64,000 bases of DNA from Candidatus Enterousia sp. (GCA_045654485.1 JAZONN010000005.1:2105-66104), one strand, 5' to 3'; positions 7,388 to 18,011 are shown, counted from the stretch's first letter. Numbers and translations are program-made. Notes: generated by a model not told the origin, from the sequence alone.

Positions 7388-10300
7388 ATGGCAGTTATCC
7401 AGAAACTAAGAAAATCTTTTGGTAAAAGTTTTTTGCAAACTCCGCTTCCTGATTTAGTTGAAATTCAATACGATTCGTATAAAGAATTCTTGCAGGCAGA
7501 TGTTGAACCACAATCCCGTAAAAATATGGGATTGCAAAATGTATTCTCCTCTATGTTCCCAATCAAGGACTATGCCGGCATTGCCGACCTGGAATTTGTG
7601 GAATATACATTGGACAAACCTGTTTACAATGTAAAAGAATGCATGTTGCGCAATATGACATATTCTAGCAAGTTAAAATTGAAGCTGAGATTGATTTTAT
7701 GGGATGTCGCCGAAGATGGCAAAAAAACATTGCGCGATATCAAAGAACAAGAAATATTTATGGGCGAAGTGCCATTAATGACTGAACGTGGCAGCTTTAT
7801 CGCATCCGGTGTTGAACGTGTAATTGTATCCCAGATGCATCGTGCCCAAGGTGTAGTGTTTGCAACAACCAAAGAATCAAAAGTTGCGGGTAATCCGGTA
7901 ACATATACTGCACGTATTATTCCAGAACATGGTTCATGGATTGATTTCGAAGAATCCAAAGGTGTCATCTATGTTCGTATCGACCGTCGCCGTAAAGTAC
8001 CGGCAACGGTTTTGTTACGTTGCTTGCCATGTGCCGAAGATGAAAAGAAATGGATTGCCGATCCACGCAAACCAACAATCGCCGGTATGTCCGATACAGA
8101 AATTCTGTCGGCATTCTATAACCGCATCCCATTGAAATTTGATGGCAAATTGTGGACTGGCGAAACAGAATCATTCTCGGGCTTGGATAAATATCGCTTG
8201 AATTATGACTTGATTAATCCAAAAGATAAAAAAGTCATTGCATCCAAAGGCGATCGTTTGAATGCCAAACGTATGAAGAAATTGCTGGAATCAAAATCAT
8301 TTGGCATTATGCCTGAATCATTGGTTGGTGAATATTTGTTTGACCCAATCATGAACGGCGACGAAGTTGTAATGCCTGCGGGTACAGAAATCACCGAAGA
8401 AGTTCTGAATGATTTGGATAAAATGAATATCAAAGAAATCTCGCTGATTTCAATTGATAACGCAACGGTAAGTGCACATATGCGCAATACATTGTTGGCG
8501 GACAAAACAACAAATCGTGAAGAAGCGTTGATTGAAATCTATAACATCATCCGTCCGGGTGAACGCCCAACATTAGAAGCGGCAATCAATCTGTTTATGC
8601 GCCAAGGTTTTGAACCTGCATACTATGATTTGTCTGCGGTTGGTCGTTTCAAGATGAACAAACGCTTGAAAATTGACTCTGGTAAAAAACCAGAAGACGA
8701 ACGTCTGTTAACAAAATCCGACTTCTTGGCGGTATTAAAGACATTAACAAACATTATCGACCGCAAAGATACAGTTGATGATATTGATAACTTGTCAAAT
8801 CGTCGCGTTCGCACGGTTGGCGAATTGTTGGAACAAAACTTCCGTACCGGTATGGTTCGTATTGAACGCTTGGTCCGTGAAAGCTTGACTTCTCCAAACA
8901 TTGCAAATATGCAACCCCAAGACGTTATCAATGTAAAACCATTGATGTCATTGGTATCTGAATTCTTGGGAACATCACAATTGTCTCAGTTTATGGACGC
9001 ATACAATCCATTGTCTGAATTGGAACACAAACGTCGTATTTCTGCTTTGGGGCCTGGTGGTTTGAATCGTGAACGTGCCGGCATTGACGTACGTGACGTT
9101 CATCCAACACACTATGGTCGCTTGTGTCCAATTCACACCCCCGAAGGTGCGAATATTGGTCTGGTTAACCATTTGTCTGCATATGCACGTGTCAACCCAT
9201 ATGGTTTCATTGAAACACCATACTATGTTGTTGAAAATAGCCGTGTTACAGACAAAATGGTATACTTGACCGCCGATGAAGAATTGGGTCATAAAATCGC
9301 CCAAGGTAACACCCCAACAACCAAAGACGGCGCATTGGCCGAAGAAATGGTTACGGCGCGTGTTGACGGCGAATTTACAATGGTTGCCAAAGAAGAAGTT
9401 GACTTAATCGACGTTGAACCACGTCAGGTGGTATCAATTGCAACCGGTTTGATTCCATTCGTTGAAAACGACGACGCGAACCGTGCATTGATGGGTTCGA
9501 ACATGCAACGTCAGGCCGTTCCATTATTGCGTGTCCAAGCACCATTGGTCGGAACCGGTATTGAACGTGAAGTGGCCCGCGATTCCCGCACAGGTAAGGT
9601 TGCGAAACACAGTGGTGTTGTTGAATCTGTGGACGCAAACCGCATCGTGGTTAAATGTATGAACAGCCGCAACGTTGTAACAGGTGTTGATATTTATAAT
9701 TTGGAAAAATTTGAACGTTCCAACAGTGAAACAATCATTCACCAAAAACCATTGGTCAAAGTTGGCGACCGTATTTCTGCGGGCGACATCATTGCCGACG
9801 GTTCATCTATGAACTATGGTGAATTGGCATTGGGTCGCAACGTATTGGTTGCCTTTATGCCATGGCGTGGTTATAACTACGAAGACTCAATTGTTATCTC
9901 GGAACGTATTTCACGCGATGACGTATTTACATCTGTAAAAATCGTTGAAAAAGAATTCAAAGTTCGTGACACTCAATTGGGCCCAGAATCTTTGACACGC
10001 GATATTCCAAACGTTGGCGAAGAAGCATTAAAGAACTTGGACGAATCCGGTATCATCTATGTTGGTGCCCGTGTAAAACATGGTGACATTTTGGTTGGTC
10101 GTGTGACACCAAAATCCGAAACCTTGTTAACCCCAGAAGAAGCGTTGTTGCGCAACATCTTTGGTGAAAAGGCATTGAACGTAAAAGATACATCATTGCG
10201 CGTTGGTCCAAACGAAGAAGGTACAGTTATCGGTGTTAACGTATTAACACGTCATGGTGTTAAGAAAGACGAACGCACCCAGATGATTGAACTGCAAAAA

Positions 10301-11521
10301 ATCGAACAGATTAACAAAGATCGTGAAGCCGAAGTTGCGATTATCGAAAAGGGCTTTGCAGATCAAGTATTCCAAATCGCAGAAAACTTGGTCATCGAAT
10401 CTGGTTCGGGCAGTTTGAAACCTTTCGTTGGCAAAAAATTAACGGGCGAAGTATTCGAAGGTATCCGTCCAGCCGATGTTAAAAAATTGGTTGTGAAAAA
10501 TAAAGAAGCCCAGGCAAAAATCGACGAATTGCGCGAACAACATGTTATCAAATTGAAACAGTTGAACGAAAAAGCAGACGCCGAAGTTGCCAAAGCAACC
10601 GAAAGCAATTCATTAAATGCCGGTGTATTAAAAGAAGTAAAAGTTTACATCGCGCACAAAATGAAATTACAGCCGGGTGATAAAATGGCGGGTCGTCACG
10701 GAAACAAAGGTATTGTATCCAAAGTTGTTCCGGTCGAAGATATGCCACACTTGGCGGACGGTACACCGGTTGACTTGGTATTGAACCCATTGGGCGTACC
10801 TTCACGTATGAACATTGGTCAGATTTTGGAAACCCACCTTGGTATGGCTGCACGCACATTGGGCGAACAGATTGGTGCGGTTTTGGACGAAGTCAAAGCC
10901 AAACGTGCTGTAACCGACGATTTGCGTACAATTATGGGCAATGTATATGGCAAAGAAACGGCGGAAAAATTGGAAAAAATGACCGACACAGACGTTCGCG
11001 CCCAAGCGGCCTTGTTGCGTGACGGTGTTCCAATGGCGACGCCAACCTTTGACGGTGCAACCCCAGAAGACATTCGCAGTATGTTGAAATTGGCAAAATT
11101 GCCAGAAACGGGTCAATTTGACTTATACGACGGTATGACGGGTGAAAAATTCGCACGTCCTGTGACCGTTGGTGTTATGTACATGTTGAAACTGCATCAC
11201 TTTGTTGATGAAAAGATTCACGCCCGTTCAATCGGCAGTTACTCTTTGGTAACCCAGCAACCATTGTCTGGTAAAGCCCATATGGGTGGCCAGCGTCTGG
11301 GTGAAATGGAGGTTTGGGCACTGGAAGCACACGGTGCAGCCCACTTGCTGCGTGAAATGTTAACGGTCAAATCGGACGATATCACCGGCCGAAACAAGAT
11401 GTATGAATCCATCATTTCGGGCAGTGACGATATCCAAACCGGTACGCCAGAGGCCTTTAACGTATTCGTACGCGAATTACGTGGATTGGGTCTGGCAATG
11501 ACACCCAAGAAAATTGATTAG
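7388..11521 (+). CDS. rpoB: DNA-directed RNA polymerase subunit beta
   Basis: Full-length RpoB. ATG 7388 (MAVIQKLRKSFGKSFLQTPLPDLVEIQYDSY) fits the conserved N-terminus. The ORF-track start at 7301 is an upstream TTG. Confidence 0.98.
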   Translation: MAVIQKLRKSFGKSFLQTPLPDLVEIQYDSYKEFLQADVEPQSRKNMGLQNVFSSMFPIKDYAGIADLEFVEYTLDKPVYNVKECMLRNMTYSSKLKLKLRLILWDVAEDGKKTLRDIKEQEIFMGEVPLMTERGSFIASGVERVIVSQMHRAQGVVFATTKESKVAGNPVTYTARIIPEHGSWIDFEESKGVIYVRIDRRRKVPATVLLRCLPCAEDEKKWIADPRKPTIAGMSDTEILSAFYNRIPLKFDGKLWTGETESFSGLDKYRLNYDLINPKDKKVIASKGDRLNAKRMKKLLESKSFGIMPESLVGEYLFDPIMNGDEVVMPAGTEITEEVLNDLDKMNIKEISLISIDNATVSAHMRNTLLADKTTNREEALIEIYNIIRPGERPTLEAAINLFMRQGFEPAYYDLSAVGRFKMNKRLKIDSGKKPEDERLLTKSDFLAVLKTLTNIIDRKDTVDDIDNLSNRRVRTVGELLEQNFRTGMVRIERLVRESLTSPNIANMQPQDVINVKPLMSLVSEFLGTSQLSQFMDAYNPLSELEHKRRISALGPGGLNRERAGIDVRDVHPTHYGRLCPIHTPEGANIGLVNHLSAYARVNPYGFIETPYYVVENSRVTDKMVYLTADEELGHKIAQGNTPTTKDGALAEEMVTARVDGEFTMVAKEEVDLIDVEPRQVVSIATGLIPFVENDDANRALMGSNMQRQAVPLLRVQAPLVGTGIEREVARDSRTGKVAKHSGVVESVDANRIVVKCMNSRNVVTGVDIYNLEKFERSNSETIIHQKPLVKVGDRISAGDIIADGSSMNYGELALGRNVLVAFMPWRGYNYEDSIVISERISRDDVFTSVKIVEKEFKVRDTQLGPESLTRDIPNVGEEALKNLDESGIIYVGARVKHGDILVGRVTPKSETLLTPEEALLRNIFGEKALNVKDTSLRVGPNEEGTVIGVNVLTRHGVKKDERTQMIELQKIEQINKDREAEVAIIEKGFADQVFQIAENLVIESGSGSLKPFVGKKLTGEVFEGIRPADVKKLVVKNKEAQAKIDELREQHVIKLKQLNEKADAEVAKATESNSLNAGVLKEVKVYIAHKMKLQPGDKMAGRHGNKGIVSKVVPVEDMPHLADGTPVDLVLNPLGVPSRMNIGQILETHLGMAARTLGEQIGAVLDEVKAKRAVTDDLRTIMGNVYGKETAEKLEKMTDTDVRAQAALLRDGVPMATPTFDGATPEDIRSMLKLAKLPETGQFDLYDGMTGEKFARPVTVGVMYMLKLHHFVDEKIHARSIGSYSLVTQQPLSGKAHMGGQRLGEMEVWALEAHGAAHLLREMLTVKSDDITGRNKMYESIISGSDDIQTGTPEAFNVFVRELRGLGLAMTPKKID

Positions 11522-11612
11522 TGGTTAGATTTCTGGTTGCCGGTTATCCGGCAACCAACCTAACAACTAATAACTAACCACTAACAACTCTTTAAGCGAG
11601 GAGCAAAATATA

Positions 11613-14600
11613 ATGAGCAATATGTTGCAAAAGATATTTGGACAAATCGAAACCAAGGAACAATTTGATGCCTTGCGCATTACGATTGCGTCCCCAGAAG
11701 AGATTTTATCTTGGTCACATGGCGAAGTAAAAAAGCCAGAAACCATTAACTATCATTCTATGAAACCAGAATCCGAAGGTTTGTTCTGTCAACAGATTTT
11801 TGGACCTGTCAAAGATTATGAATGTGCATGCGGTAAATATAAAAGAATCAAATTCCGTGGCGTCGTTTGTGAACGTTGCGGGGTCGAAGTTGGTTCTGCA
11901 TCCGTTCGTCGTGAACGTATGGGGCATATTAAATTGGCTATGCCTGTTGCACATACATGGTTCTTACGCGAAGGCAAAATTGCGACTTTGTTGAACAATC
12001 TGCCTCAGAAAAAATTAGAACAGGTTATTTCATACGATGCATACATCGTAATTGAACCTGGTTTAACAAACTTGAAACAATACGACGTCATCAGCGAAGA
12101 CGAATACCAAGCCGCCGTTGAAGAATTCGGCGCAGACGCGTTCCACGTTGGTATCGGTGCTGAAGGCGTACGTTCCATTATCTCTGGATTGGATATGGGC
12201 GATGAACGCACACGTTTACGCGCAGAATTGGCCGATACAAAATCCGAAGCAAAACGCAAGGCATTGATTAAACAATTGAAATTGGTCGAAGCGTTTTTGG
12301 ATTCTAAAACAGAACCTGCATGGATGATGCCGGATATTATTCCTGTTATCCCACCAGATATGCGTCCATTGGTCACATTGGATGCGGGTCACGTTGCGGC
12401 ATCTGACTTGAATGATTTGTATCGTCGTGTAATTATCCGTAACAATCGTTTGAAACGTTTTATGGAAATGCACGCCCCAGACATCATTATCCGCAACGAA
12501 AAACGTATGTTACAAGAAGCGGTTGATTCATTGTTTGACAACGGTCACAAAGCGCGCCCAATGGTATCGCAAAACCGTCGTCCATTGAAATCATTGTCTG
12601 ATTCATTGCGTGGTAAATCGGGGCGTTTCCGTATGAACATGTTGGGTAAACGTGTTGACTATTCGGGTCGTTCGGTTATCGTGTCTGGTCCAACATTGAA
12701 ATTACATCAGGTTGGTTTGCCAAAAATGATGGCATTGGAATTGTTTAAACCATTTGTTTACGCGCGTTTGTTGGCGGGTGATTACGCAAACACATTAAAG
12801 ACCGCACGTAAAATGGTTGAAAACGGTGAAGACGTTGTATGGGAAATCTTGGAAAAAGTTATTCACGAACATCCTGTATTGTTGAACCGTGCACCAACCT
12901 TGCACCGTTTGTCCTTGTTGGCATTTGAACCTGTCTTGATAGAAGGTAAAGCAATCCGTTTGCACCCATTGGTTTGTGCGGGCTTTAACGCTGACTTTGA
13001 CGGTGACCAGATGTCTGTTCACGTACCAATTTCATTAGAAGCCCAATTAGAAGCACGTACATTAATGTTGTCTTCGAACAACGTATTGTCACCTGCGAAC
13101 GGTGAACCTATGACTGTTCCGACCCAAGACATGGTATTGGGCGTTTACTATATTTCATTGATTAATGGTGAACACACCGAAAAGTCGCCACGCTTTGCAA
13201 ATATGGACGAAGTAAAATTGGCGTTGGAAAACAAATCTATTACGTTGCACACACCAATTGTTGCCCGTATCAATGGCAAAACATACAAGACCACAGCCGG
13301 TCGTATGATTTTGGGCGAATTATTGCCACAATGCGAAGAAATGCCATTTGATTTGGTTAACAAAGTGATGCCACGTGGTGAAATTAAATCTTTGTTGGCA
13401 ACAACATACGAACGTTGCGGCGACAAAGCGATGATTTTGCTGGCTGACGCATTAAAGAACACTGGTTTTGAACAGGCCGCACGAAGTGGTATTTCTATTG
13501 GTTATGACGACATCGTTATTCCAGAAGAAAAGAAAGATCTGATTGCGGAATCTGAAAAAGTTGCCGGAGAAATCGAAGAACAATATCAAAACGGTTTGTT
13601 ATCTGGTGGTGAACGTCACAATAAATTGATTGACTTGTGGCAGAAAACGACCGACAAATTGGGTGATATGGCATATGCTGCGTTGGGTAAGACAACGGGC
13701 GACAATTGGAATTCGGTTTACATGATGGCATTATCTGGTGCCCGTGGTTCAAAACGTCAGATTCAGCAGTTGGCCGGTATGCGTGGTATGATGATGAAAC
13801 CAGACGGTTCGATTATCGAAGTTCCAATTATTTCGAACTTTAAAGAAGGTCTAACCATGTCTGAATACTTTACATCCACCCACGGTGCACGTAAAGGTAT
13901 GTCGGATACGGCTTTAAAAACGGCTGACGCTGGTTACTTGACACGTCGTTTGGTTGAATTGGCACAAAATACAGTTATTACTGAACACGATTGTGGCACA
14001 ACAGAATTTATTACTGCCAAACCTGTTTATACTGGTTCGACATTGTCTGTTGCATTGGGTGATGTTGTATTGGGACGTACTGCGGCCCACGATATCGTGC
14101 ATCCAATCACCAAAGAAGTCATTGTACCTGCGGGTGAATTGATTACGAAGGCGGCATCTAAAAAGATTAACGAATCCGGTTTGCCATCGGTTGATGTACG
14201 CAGTGTTCTGACATGTTGTTCAGACGGTTTGTGTGCAAAATGTTATGGTATGGATTTGTCACGTAACGCATTGGTGCACGTTGGCGAAGCGGTTGGTGTT
14301 ATTGCGGGTCAATCCATTGGTGAACCTGGTACTCAGTTGACATTGCGTACCTTCCACATTGGTGGTGTTGCGGCCGGTGGTGCAGAAAGTCACTTTATCG
14401 AAGTTCCTGTTGCTGGTAAAATTAAATTATCTGGCGTTAACACGATTAAGAACAGTGCTGGCCGTGTTGTTGTATTATCTCGCAATGGCAAATTGGCTGT
14501 TACCGATAATGCCGGTGAAGAATTGTTTAGCAGCGCATTACCATACGCATCTATGTTGATCGTTAATGATGGCGACAGCGTCGAAAAAGGCGCCAAGGTT

Positions 14601-15722
14601 GCCGAATGGGATCCATATTCAAACACAATCATCGCCGAAAAAGATGGTGTTGTGAACTTTAATGACTTGGTTGAAAACATTTCATACCAAGAAGAAGTTG
14701 ATTCTATGACTGGTATCGTATCACGTAAAGTTATCAACTGGAAAACAAACACGAAAAAGGCATTGAAACCTGCGATTACATTGGTTGACGAAGCCGGTAA
14801 CGTAATCAATCTGGGTGGCAAAAAGATTGCAGAATATCTGTTGCCAATCTATTCGGTATTGAACGTTGCAAATGGCGACCGTGTTGTTGCCGGTGACATT
14901 TTGGCACGTATCCCTGTTCAGGCAAAACGTACAGGCGACATTACGGGCGGTCTGCCACGTGTTAATGAATTGTTGGAAGTACGTCGTCCAACCAACCCTG
15001 CATTGTTGGCCGAAGTTGATGGTACGGTTGAATTAGAAGATGCAAAATCTAAAATCATCATCCGTATTGAACCAACAGACGGTACGGCACCGGTTGAATA
15101 TGCGGTTCCAAAGGGTACAAACCTGTTGGTGCGCAGCGGTGACGTTGTACGCAAAGCGGAAAAATTGGTTGACGGTGACCCTGTTCCACAAGATATCTTG
15201 CGTATCTTGGGTCAAAAGGCCTTGGCAACATTTATGGTTGACCAGATTCAACAGGTTTATCGCTTACAGGGCGTGACAATCAATGACAAGCACATTGAAA
15301 TCTTGATTCGTGAAATGACACGTCGTGTTGAAATCACAAACCCAGGTGACACCGGCTTCTTGATGGGTCAGGTTGTAGACCGCGTTGATTTCGAAGAAGA
15401 AAACGCACGTGTTGCACGCGATGGTGGCAAATTGGCCGAAGCATCTCAGGTCTTGGTTGGTTTGACCCGTGCATCTTTGACATCACGTTCGTTTATTTCA
15501 AATGCATCGTTCCAACAGACGACCAAAGTATTGGTTGACGCCGCAATCAGTGGTTCTACCGACAAATTGGTTGGTATTAACGAAAACTTGATTGTTGGTC
15601 GTTTGATACCAATTGGAACCGGTGCATACGTCCGTCGTGTCCGTGAAATTGCCAAAGAAGAAGAAAAGGCAGAAAAATTGGCACGCGAAGGAAATGGCCA
15701 ACAACAGTTGTTGGATATCTAA
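11613..15722 (+). CDS. rpoC: DNA-directed RNA polymerase subunit beta'
   Basis: Contains the NADFDGD catalytic motif (GFNADFDGDQMSVH) and Zn-binding Cys motifs. Preceded by the SD gaggag. Confidence 0.98.
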   Translation: MSNMLQKIFGQIETKEQFDALRITIASPEEILSWSHGEVKKPETINYHSMKPESEGLFCQQIFGPVKDYECACGKYKRIKFRGVVCERCGVEVGSASVRRERMGHIKLAMPVAHTWFLREGKIATLLNNLPQKKLEQVISYDAYIVIEPGLTNLKQYDVISEDEYQAAVEEFGADAFHVGIGAEGVRSIISGLDMGDERTRLRAELADTKSEAKRKALIKQLKLVEAFLDSKTEPAWMMPDIIPVIPPDMRPLVTLDAGHVAASDLNDLYRRVIIRNNRLKRFMEMHAPDIIIRNEKRMLQEAVDSLFDNGHKARPMVSQNRRPLKSLSDSLRGKSGRFRMNMLGKRVDYSGRSVIVSGPTLKLHQVGLPKMMALELFKPFVYARLLAGDYANTLKTARKMVENGEDVVWEILEKVIHEHPVLLNRAPTLHRLSLLAFEPVLIEGKAIRLHPLVCAGFNADFDGDQMSVHVPISLEAQLEARTLMLSSNNVLSPANGEPMTVPTQDMVLGVYYISLINGEHTEKSPRFANMDEVKLALENKSITLHTPIVARINGKTYKTTAGRMILGELLPQCEEMPFDLVNKVMPRGEIKSLLATTYERCGDKAMILLADALKNTGFEQAARSGISIGYDDIVIPEEKKDLIAESEKVAGEIEEQYQNGLLSGGERHNKLIDLWQKTTDKLGDMAYAALGKTTGDNWNSVYMMALSGARGSKRQIQQLAGMRGMMMKPDGSIIEVPIISNFKEGLTMSEYFTSTHGARKGMSDTALKTADAGYLTRRLVELAQNTVITEHDCGTTEFITAKPVYTGSTLSVALGDVVLGRTAAHDIVHPITKEVIVPAGELITKAASKKINESGLPSVDVRSVLTCCSDGLCAKCYGMDLSRNALVHVGEAVGVIAGQSIGEPGTQLTLRTFHIGGVAAGGAESHFIEVPVAGKIKLSGVNTIKNSAGRVVVLSRNGKLAVTDNAGEELFSSALPYASMLIVNDGDSVEKGAKVAEWDPYSNTIIAEKDGVVNFNDLVENISYQEEVDSMTGIVSRKVINWKTNTKKALKPAITLVDEAGNVINLGGKKIAEYLLPIYSVLNVANGDRVVAGDILARIPVQAKRTGDITGGLPRVNELLEVRRPTNPALLAEVDGTVELEDAKSKIIIRIEPTDGTAPVEYAVPKGTNLLVRSGDVVRKAEKLVDGDPVPQDILRILGQKALATFMVDQIQQVYRLQGVTINDKHIEILIREMTRRVEITNPGDTGFLMGQVVDRVDFEEENARVARDGGKLAEASQVLVGLTRASLTSRSFISNASFQQTTKVLVDAAISGSTDKLVGINENLIVGRLIPIGTGAYVRRVREIAKEEEKAEKLAREGNGQQQLLDI

Positions 15723-15728
15723 TATAAA

Positions 15729-15759
15729 ACCATGTCTGGACACATAATCCAGACATGGT
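15729..15759 (+). terminator. 12-bp hairpin after rpoC (weak U-tract)
   Basis: Arms accatgtctgga and tccagacatggt flank the loop cacataa, followed by gaaagtttt. Confidence 0.5.
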
Positions 15760-15770
15760 GAAAGTTTTCC

Positions 15771-15798
15771 TTGCAAATGCGCAGAAAATGAATAGAAT
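15771..15798 (+). promoter_or_regulatory. Putative promoter for rpmF-plsX (TTGCAA-N16-TAGAAT)
   Basis: Motif match only, 30 nt upstream of rpmF. Confidence 0.35.
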
Positions 15799-15827
15799 AA
15801 GACAGTCGTAATAAAAAGGATAGTAAA

Positions 15828-15977
15828 ATGGCAACGCCAAAAAGTAAAACCAGTAAAGCACGTTCCGCACAACGTCGTTCACATGACGCTTTGTCAGTGA
15901 TGCCATGCGGTGTATGCAAAACATGTGGCGAAAAGAAACGTCCACATCACGTTTGTCCTGCATGCGGTGCGAAATAA
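15828..15977 (+). CDS. rpmF: 50S ribosomal protein L32 (49 aa)
   Basis: This ORF is below the ORF-track cutoff. It translates as MATPKSKTSKARSAQRRSHDALSVMPCGVCKTCGEKKRPHHVCPACGAK. It lies directly upstream of plsX, as in many bacteria. Confidence 0.92.
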   Translation: MATPKSKTSKARSAQRRSHDALSVMPCGVCKTCGEKKRPHHVCPACGAK

Positions 15978-16048
15978 TAAAACCAAATAAAATGGAATTG
16001 GCAGAAGCAGGGCGGTAATTATCGTCCTGTTCTGCTTTTTTATGTACT

Positions 16049-17125
16049 ATGTCAGAAGATAAGAAAATTATTGCTATTGATGCCATGGGTGGTGATAAAG
16101 GGCCTAATGCGGTTCTGGGTGGCATGAATCAGTATTTATATCAAAACGGCGAAGGTAATGTATATTTTCGTCTGTTTGGTGATGAAAAGAAAATCCGTAA
16201 ATTATTGGCGAAATATCCGCGCGTATCCCGTAATACCGAAGTTATACACGCGCCAAACGTTATCAAAGGTACGGACAAGGTTATGGATGTTTTGCGTCAC
16301 GCCCAAGATACATCTATGTATATGGCGATAAAAGACGTACGTGAAGGCAAATCTGCCGCAGTTATCAGTGCCGGCAACACCGGTATATTGATGTCTTTGT
16401 CAAAATTGGCATTAAAAACAATTGATGGTATCGCACGTCCGGCCATTACCACTATGTTGCCATCTGGTGCCGGTGACAGTCGTGTTGTGGTATTGGATTT
16501 GGGTGCAAACGTTCATTGTGATGAAAATATATTGTTTGACTTTGCCGTATTGGGCAGTGTTTATGCCGAAGTTGTCGGTAAAATGCCCCGACCAAAATTG
16601 GGTATCTTAAACATTGGTTCCGAAGAAACCAAAGGAAACGAAGTTTTAATCCATTTGAACAAGGTCTTGACCGCCAACAAAGACAGATTGCCATACGAAT
16701 ATATGGGCTTTGTCGAAGCGAATGATATCAGTGCCGGTAAAGTCCAAGTTGTTGTGACAGACGGCTTTACGGGTAATATTGTATTAAAGACGGTCGAAGG
16801 TACGGCCAAGTTAATCAAACGTGTTGTCGTTGAAAATTTCAAGAAATCGATTTTGGCGATGATTGGTGCGTTTTTCTTGGTGCACGTATTTAAACGTTTA
16901 AAGCATAAAATTGATCCACGTTCATATGCGGGTGCAACGTTCTTGGGTTTGCGTGGTTTTGCGTTTAAAACCCATGGTAATAGTGACGCATTGGCATTTG
17001 CAAATTCGATTAAATATGCGGCCGGTTTGACCAAGGCGAACTTAAATGGTTTAATCGAAGAACGTGCCCGTGCATTGGCGGACGTTCGTGCACAAATTAG
17101 TGCCGATAAAGAAACCGAAAAATAA
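16049..17125 (+). CDS. plsX: Phosphate acyltransferase PlsX
   Basis: N-terminus IAIDAMGGDKGPNAVLGG and FTGNIVLKTVEG are PlsX hallmarks. Confidence 0.95.
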   Translation: MSEDKKIIAIDAMGGDKGPNAVLGGMNQYLYQNGEGNVYFRLFGDEKKIRKLLAKYPRVSRNTEVIHAPNVIKGTDKVMDVLRHAQDTSMYMAIKDVREGKSAAVISAGNTGILMSLSKLALKTIDGIARPAITTMLPSGAGDSRVVVLDLGANVHCDENILFDFAVLGSVYAEVVGKMPRPKLGILNIGSEETKGNEVLIHLNKVLTANKDRLPYEYMGFVEANDISAGKVQVVVTDGFTGNIVLKTVEGTAKLIKRVVVENFKKSILAMIGAFFLVHVFKRLKHKIDPRSYAGATFLGLRGFAFKTHGNSDALAFANSIKYAAGLTKANLNGLIEERARALADVRAQISADKETEK

Positions 17126-17129
17126 AAAA

Positions 17130-17159
17130 AATCCCGCATTTGCGGGATTCTTTATTTTT
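17130..17159. terminator. Bidirectional intrinsic terminator (plsX / 82-aa gene)
   Basis: The sequence aaaaaaaATCCCGCAttTGCGGGATtctttattttt has an A-run on the left and a T-run on the right. Confidence 0.8.
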
Positions 17160-17400
17160 GATTCTGTTTATGGTTATTATGTAAACTTTTCCAAATTTCA
17201 ATAGAACGCTTTGCGCTAATTGCGATTGGCCCCAGATACAGCAATAATGTAAGCATGGCATCTTTATTGTATCCATTATGCATCATATATTTCACAATAT
17301 TTATACTGTGTCCAACGCAAAGGCCGTTTAATAACAAGTATCCCATCAGAAATGCCTGTGATACTGATTCTGGTCTTTGTGATTTATTGTCTTGGTTCAT
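17152..17400 (-). CDS. Hypothetical small membrane protein (82 aa)
   Basis: Two hydrophobic segments and no recognisable family. Its own near-consensus promoter lies upstream. Confidence 0.55.
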   Translation of the reverse strand: MNQDNKSQRPESVSQAFLMGYLLLNGLCVGHSINIVKYMMHNGYNKDAMLTLLLYLGPIAISAKRSIEIWKSLHNNHKQNQK

Positions 17401-17427
17401 ACTTATGCCTTTTTATAGTGTCCCGCA

Positions 17428-17455
17428 ATTATAGCTTAAATGGCCTGTCTGTCAA
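17428..17455 (-). promoter_or_regulatory. Near-perfect sigma70 promoter (TTGACA-N16-TATAAT) for the 82-aa gene
   Basis: The minus strand reads cTTGACAgacaggccatttaagcTATAATtg. Confidence 0.55.
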
Positions 17456-17476
17456 GACGTTGTTGCGGGATTACTG

Positions 17477-17881
17477 CTATCTGGATTTTTGTGCCATTTG
17501 TGCAATATTTTGGCGTCTCGCTTCATTTTCTTTGCGTGCCGCCGCTGCGCCTGCACATGCCCCCAATGCTACGCTCGCTGCCAAAACGCCATATGTTGCC
17601 AATGGATGCGCGTTATATCGTGTTTCTTCGCGATAGTCATTGGTCCACATTTTGTATTCATAGTGTTTTTCTGCTTCGGTTGCATCAAAACTGTACGCTG
17701 TCTTAAAGCGATTTTTCAATGAATAATCATACAAATGCGCATCCGAACAATACTGTATCAAATGTGCTCCGACACCCAATGCATTGATTGCAACAAATGT
17801 GATTGCACCAACTTTAGTTGCACCGACTATTGTACCTTTAACAGTGTTTACTGCGTTCAAAAATTTATCTTTAATCGTCAT
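17477..17881 (-). CDS. Hypothetical protein with two Gly/Ala-zipper hydrophobic segments (134 aa)
   Basis: Preceded by the SD AAGGAG. The hydrophobic segments are GTIVGATKVGAITFVAINALGVGA and YGVLAASVALGACAGAAAA. No family recognised. Confidence 0.6.
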   Translation of the reverse strand: MTIKDKFLNAVNTVKGTIVGATKVGAITFVAINALGVGAHLIQYCSDAHLYDYSLKNRFKTAYSFDATEAEKHYEYKMWTNDYREETRYNAHPLATYGVLAASVALGACAGAAAARKENEARRQNIAQMAQKSR

Positions 17882-17980
17882 TTTTCAATCTCCTTTGGTT
17901 ATCACTCATATCAACAAACCACCATAGATTTATATAGGACAAAAGTTAGAAAAATCAATTTAACGATGTGGTGCGGGTAA

Positions 17981-18003
17981 ATAAAAATCCCCAAAAGGGG
18001 ATT
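17981..18003 (-). terminator. Intrinsic terminator after the Cys-rich protein gene
   Basis: The minus strand reads AATCCCCttttGGGGATTtttattt. Confidence 0.75.
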
Positions 18004-18011
18004 TGTTTTAA

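Noticed and set aside
16561-17139. A 192-aa minus-strand ORF opposite plsX. Similar long antisense ORFs lie opposite lpxD (32510-33007), rplI (34452-34922), efp (35136-35648), the OMP gene (39874-40377), the MFS gene (50461-50985), ackA (54871-55389) and rpsA (21723-22175, 22043-22528).
   Set aside because: All lie entirely within well-supported genes on the other strand. They have no motifs or translation signals, and their compositions are typical of antisense frames.
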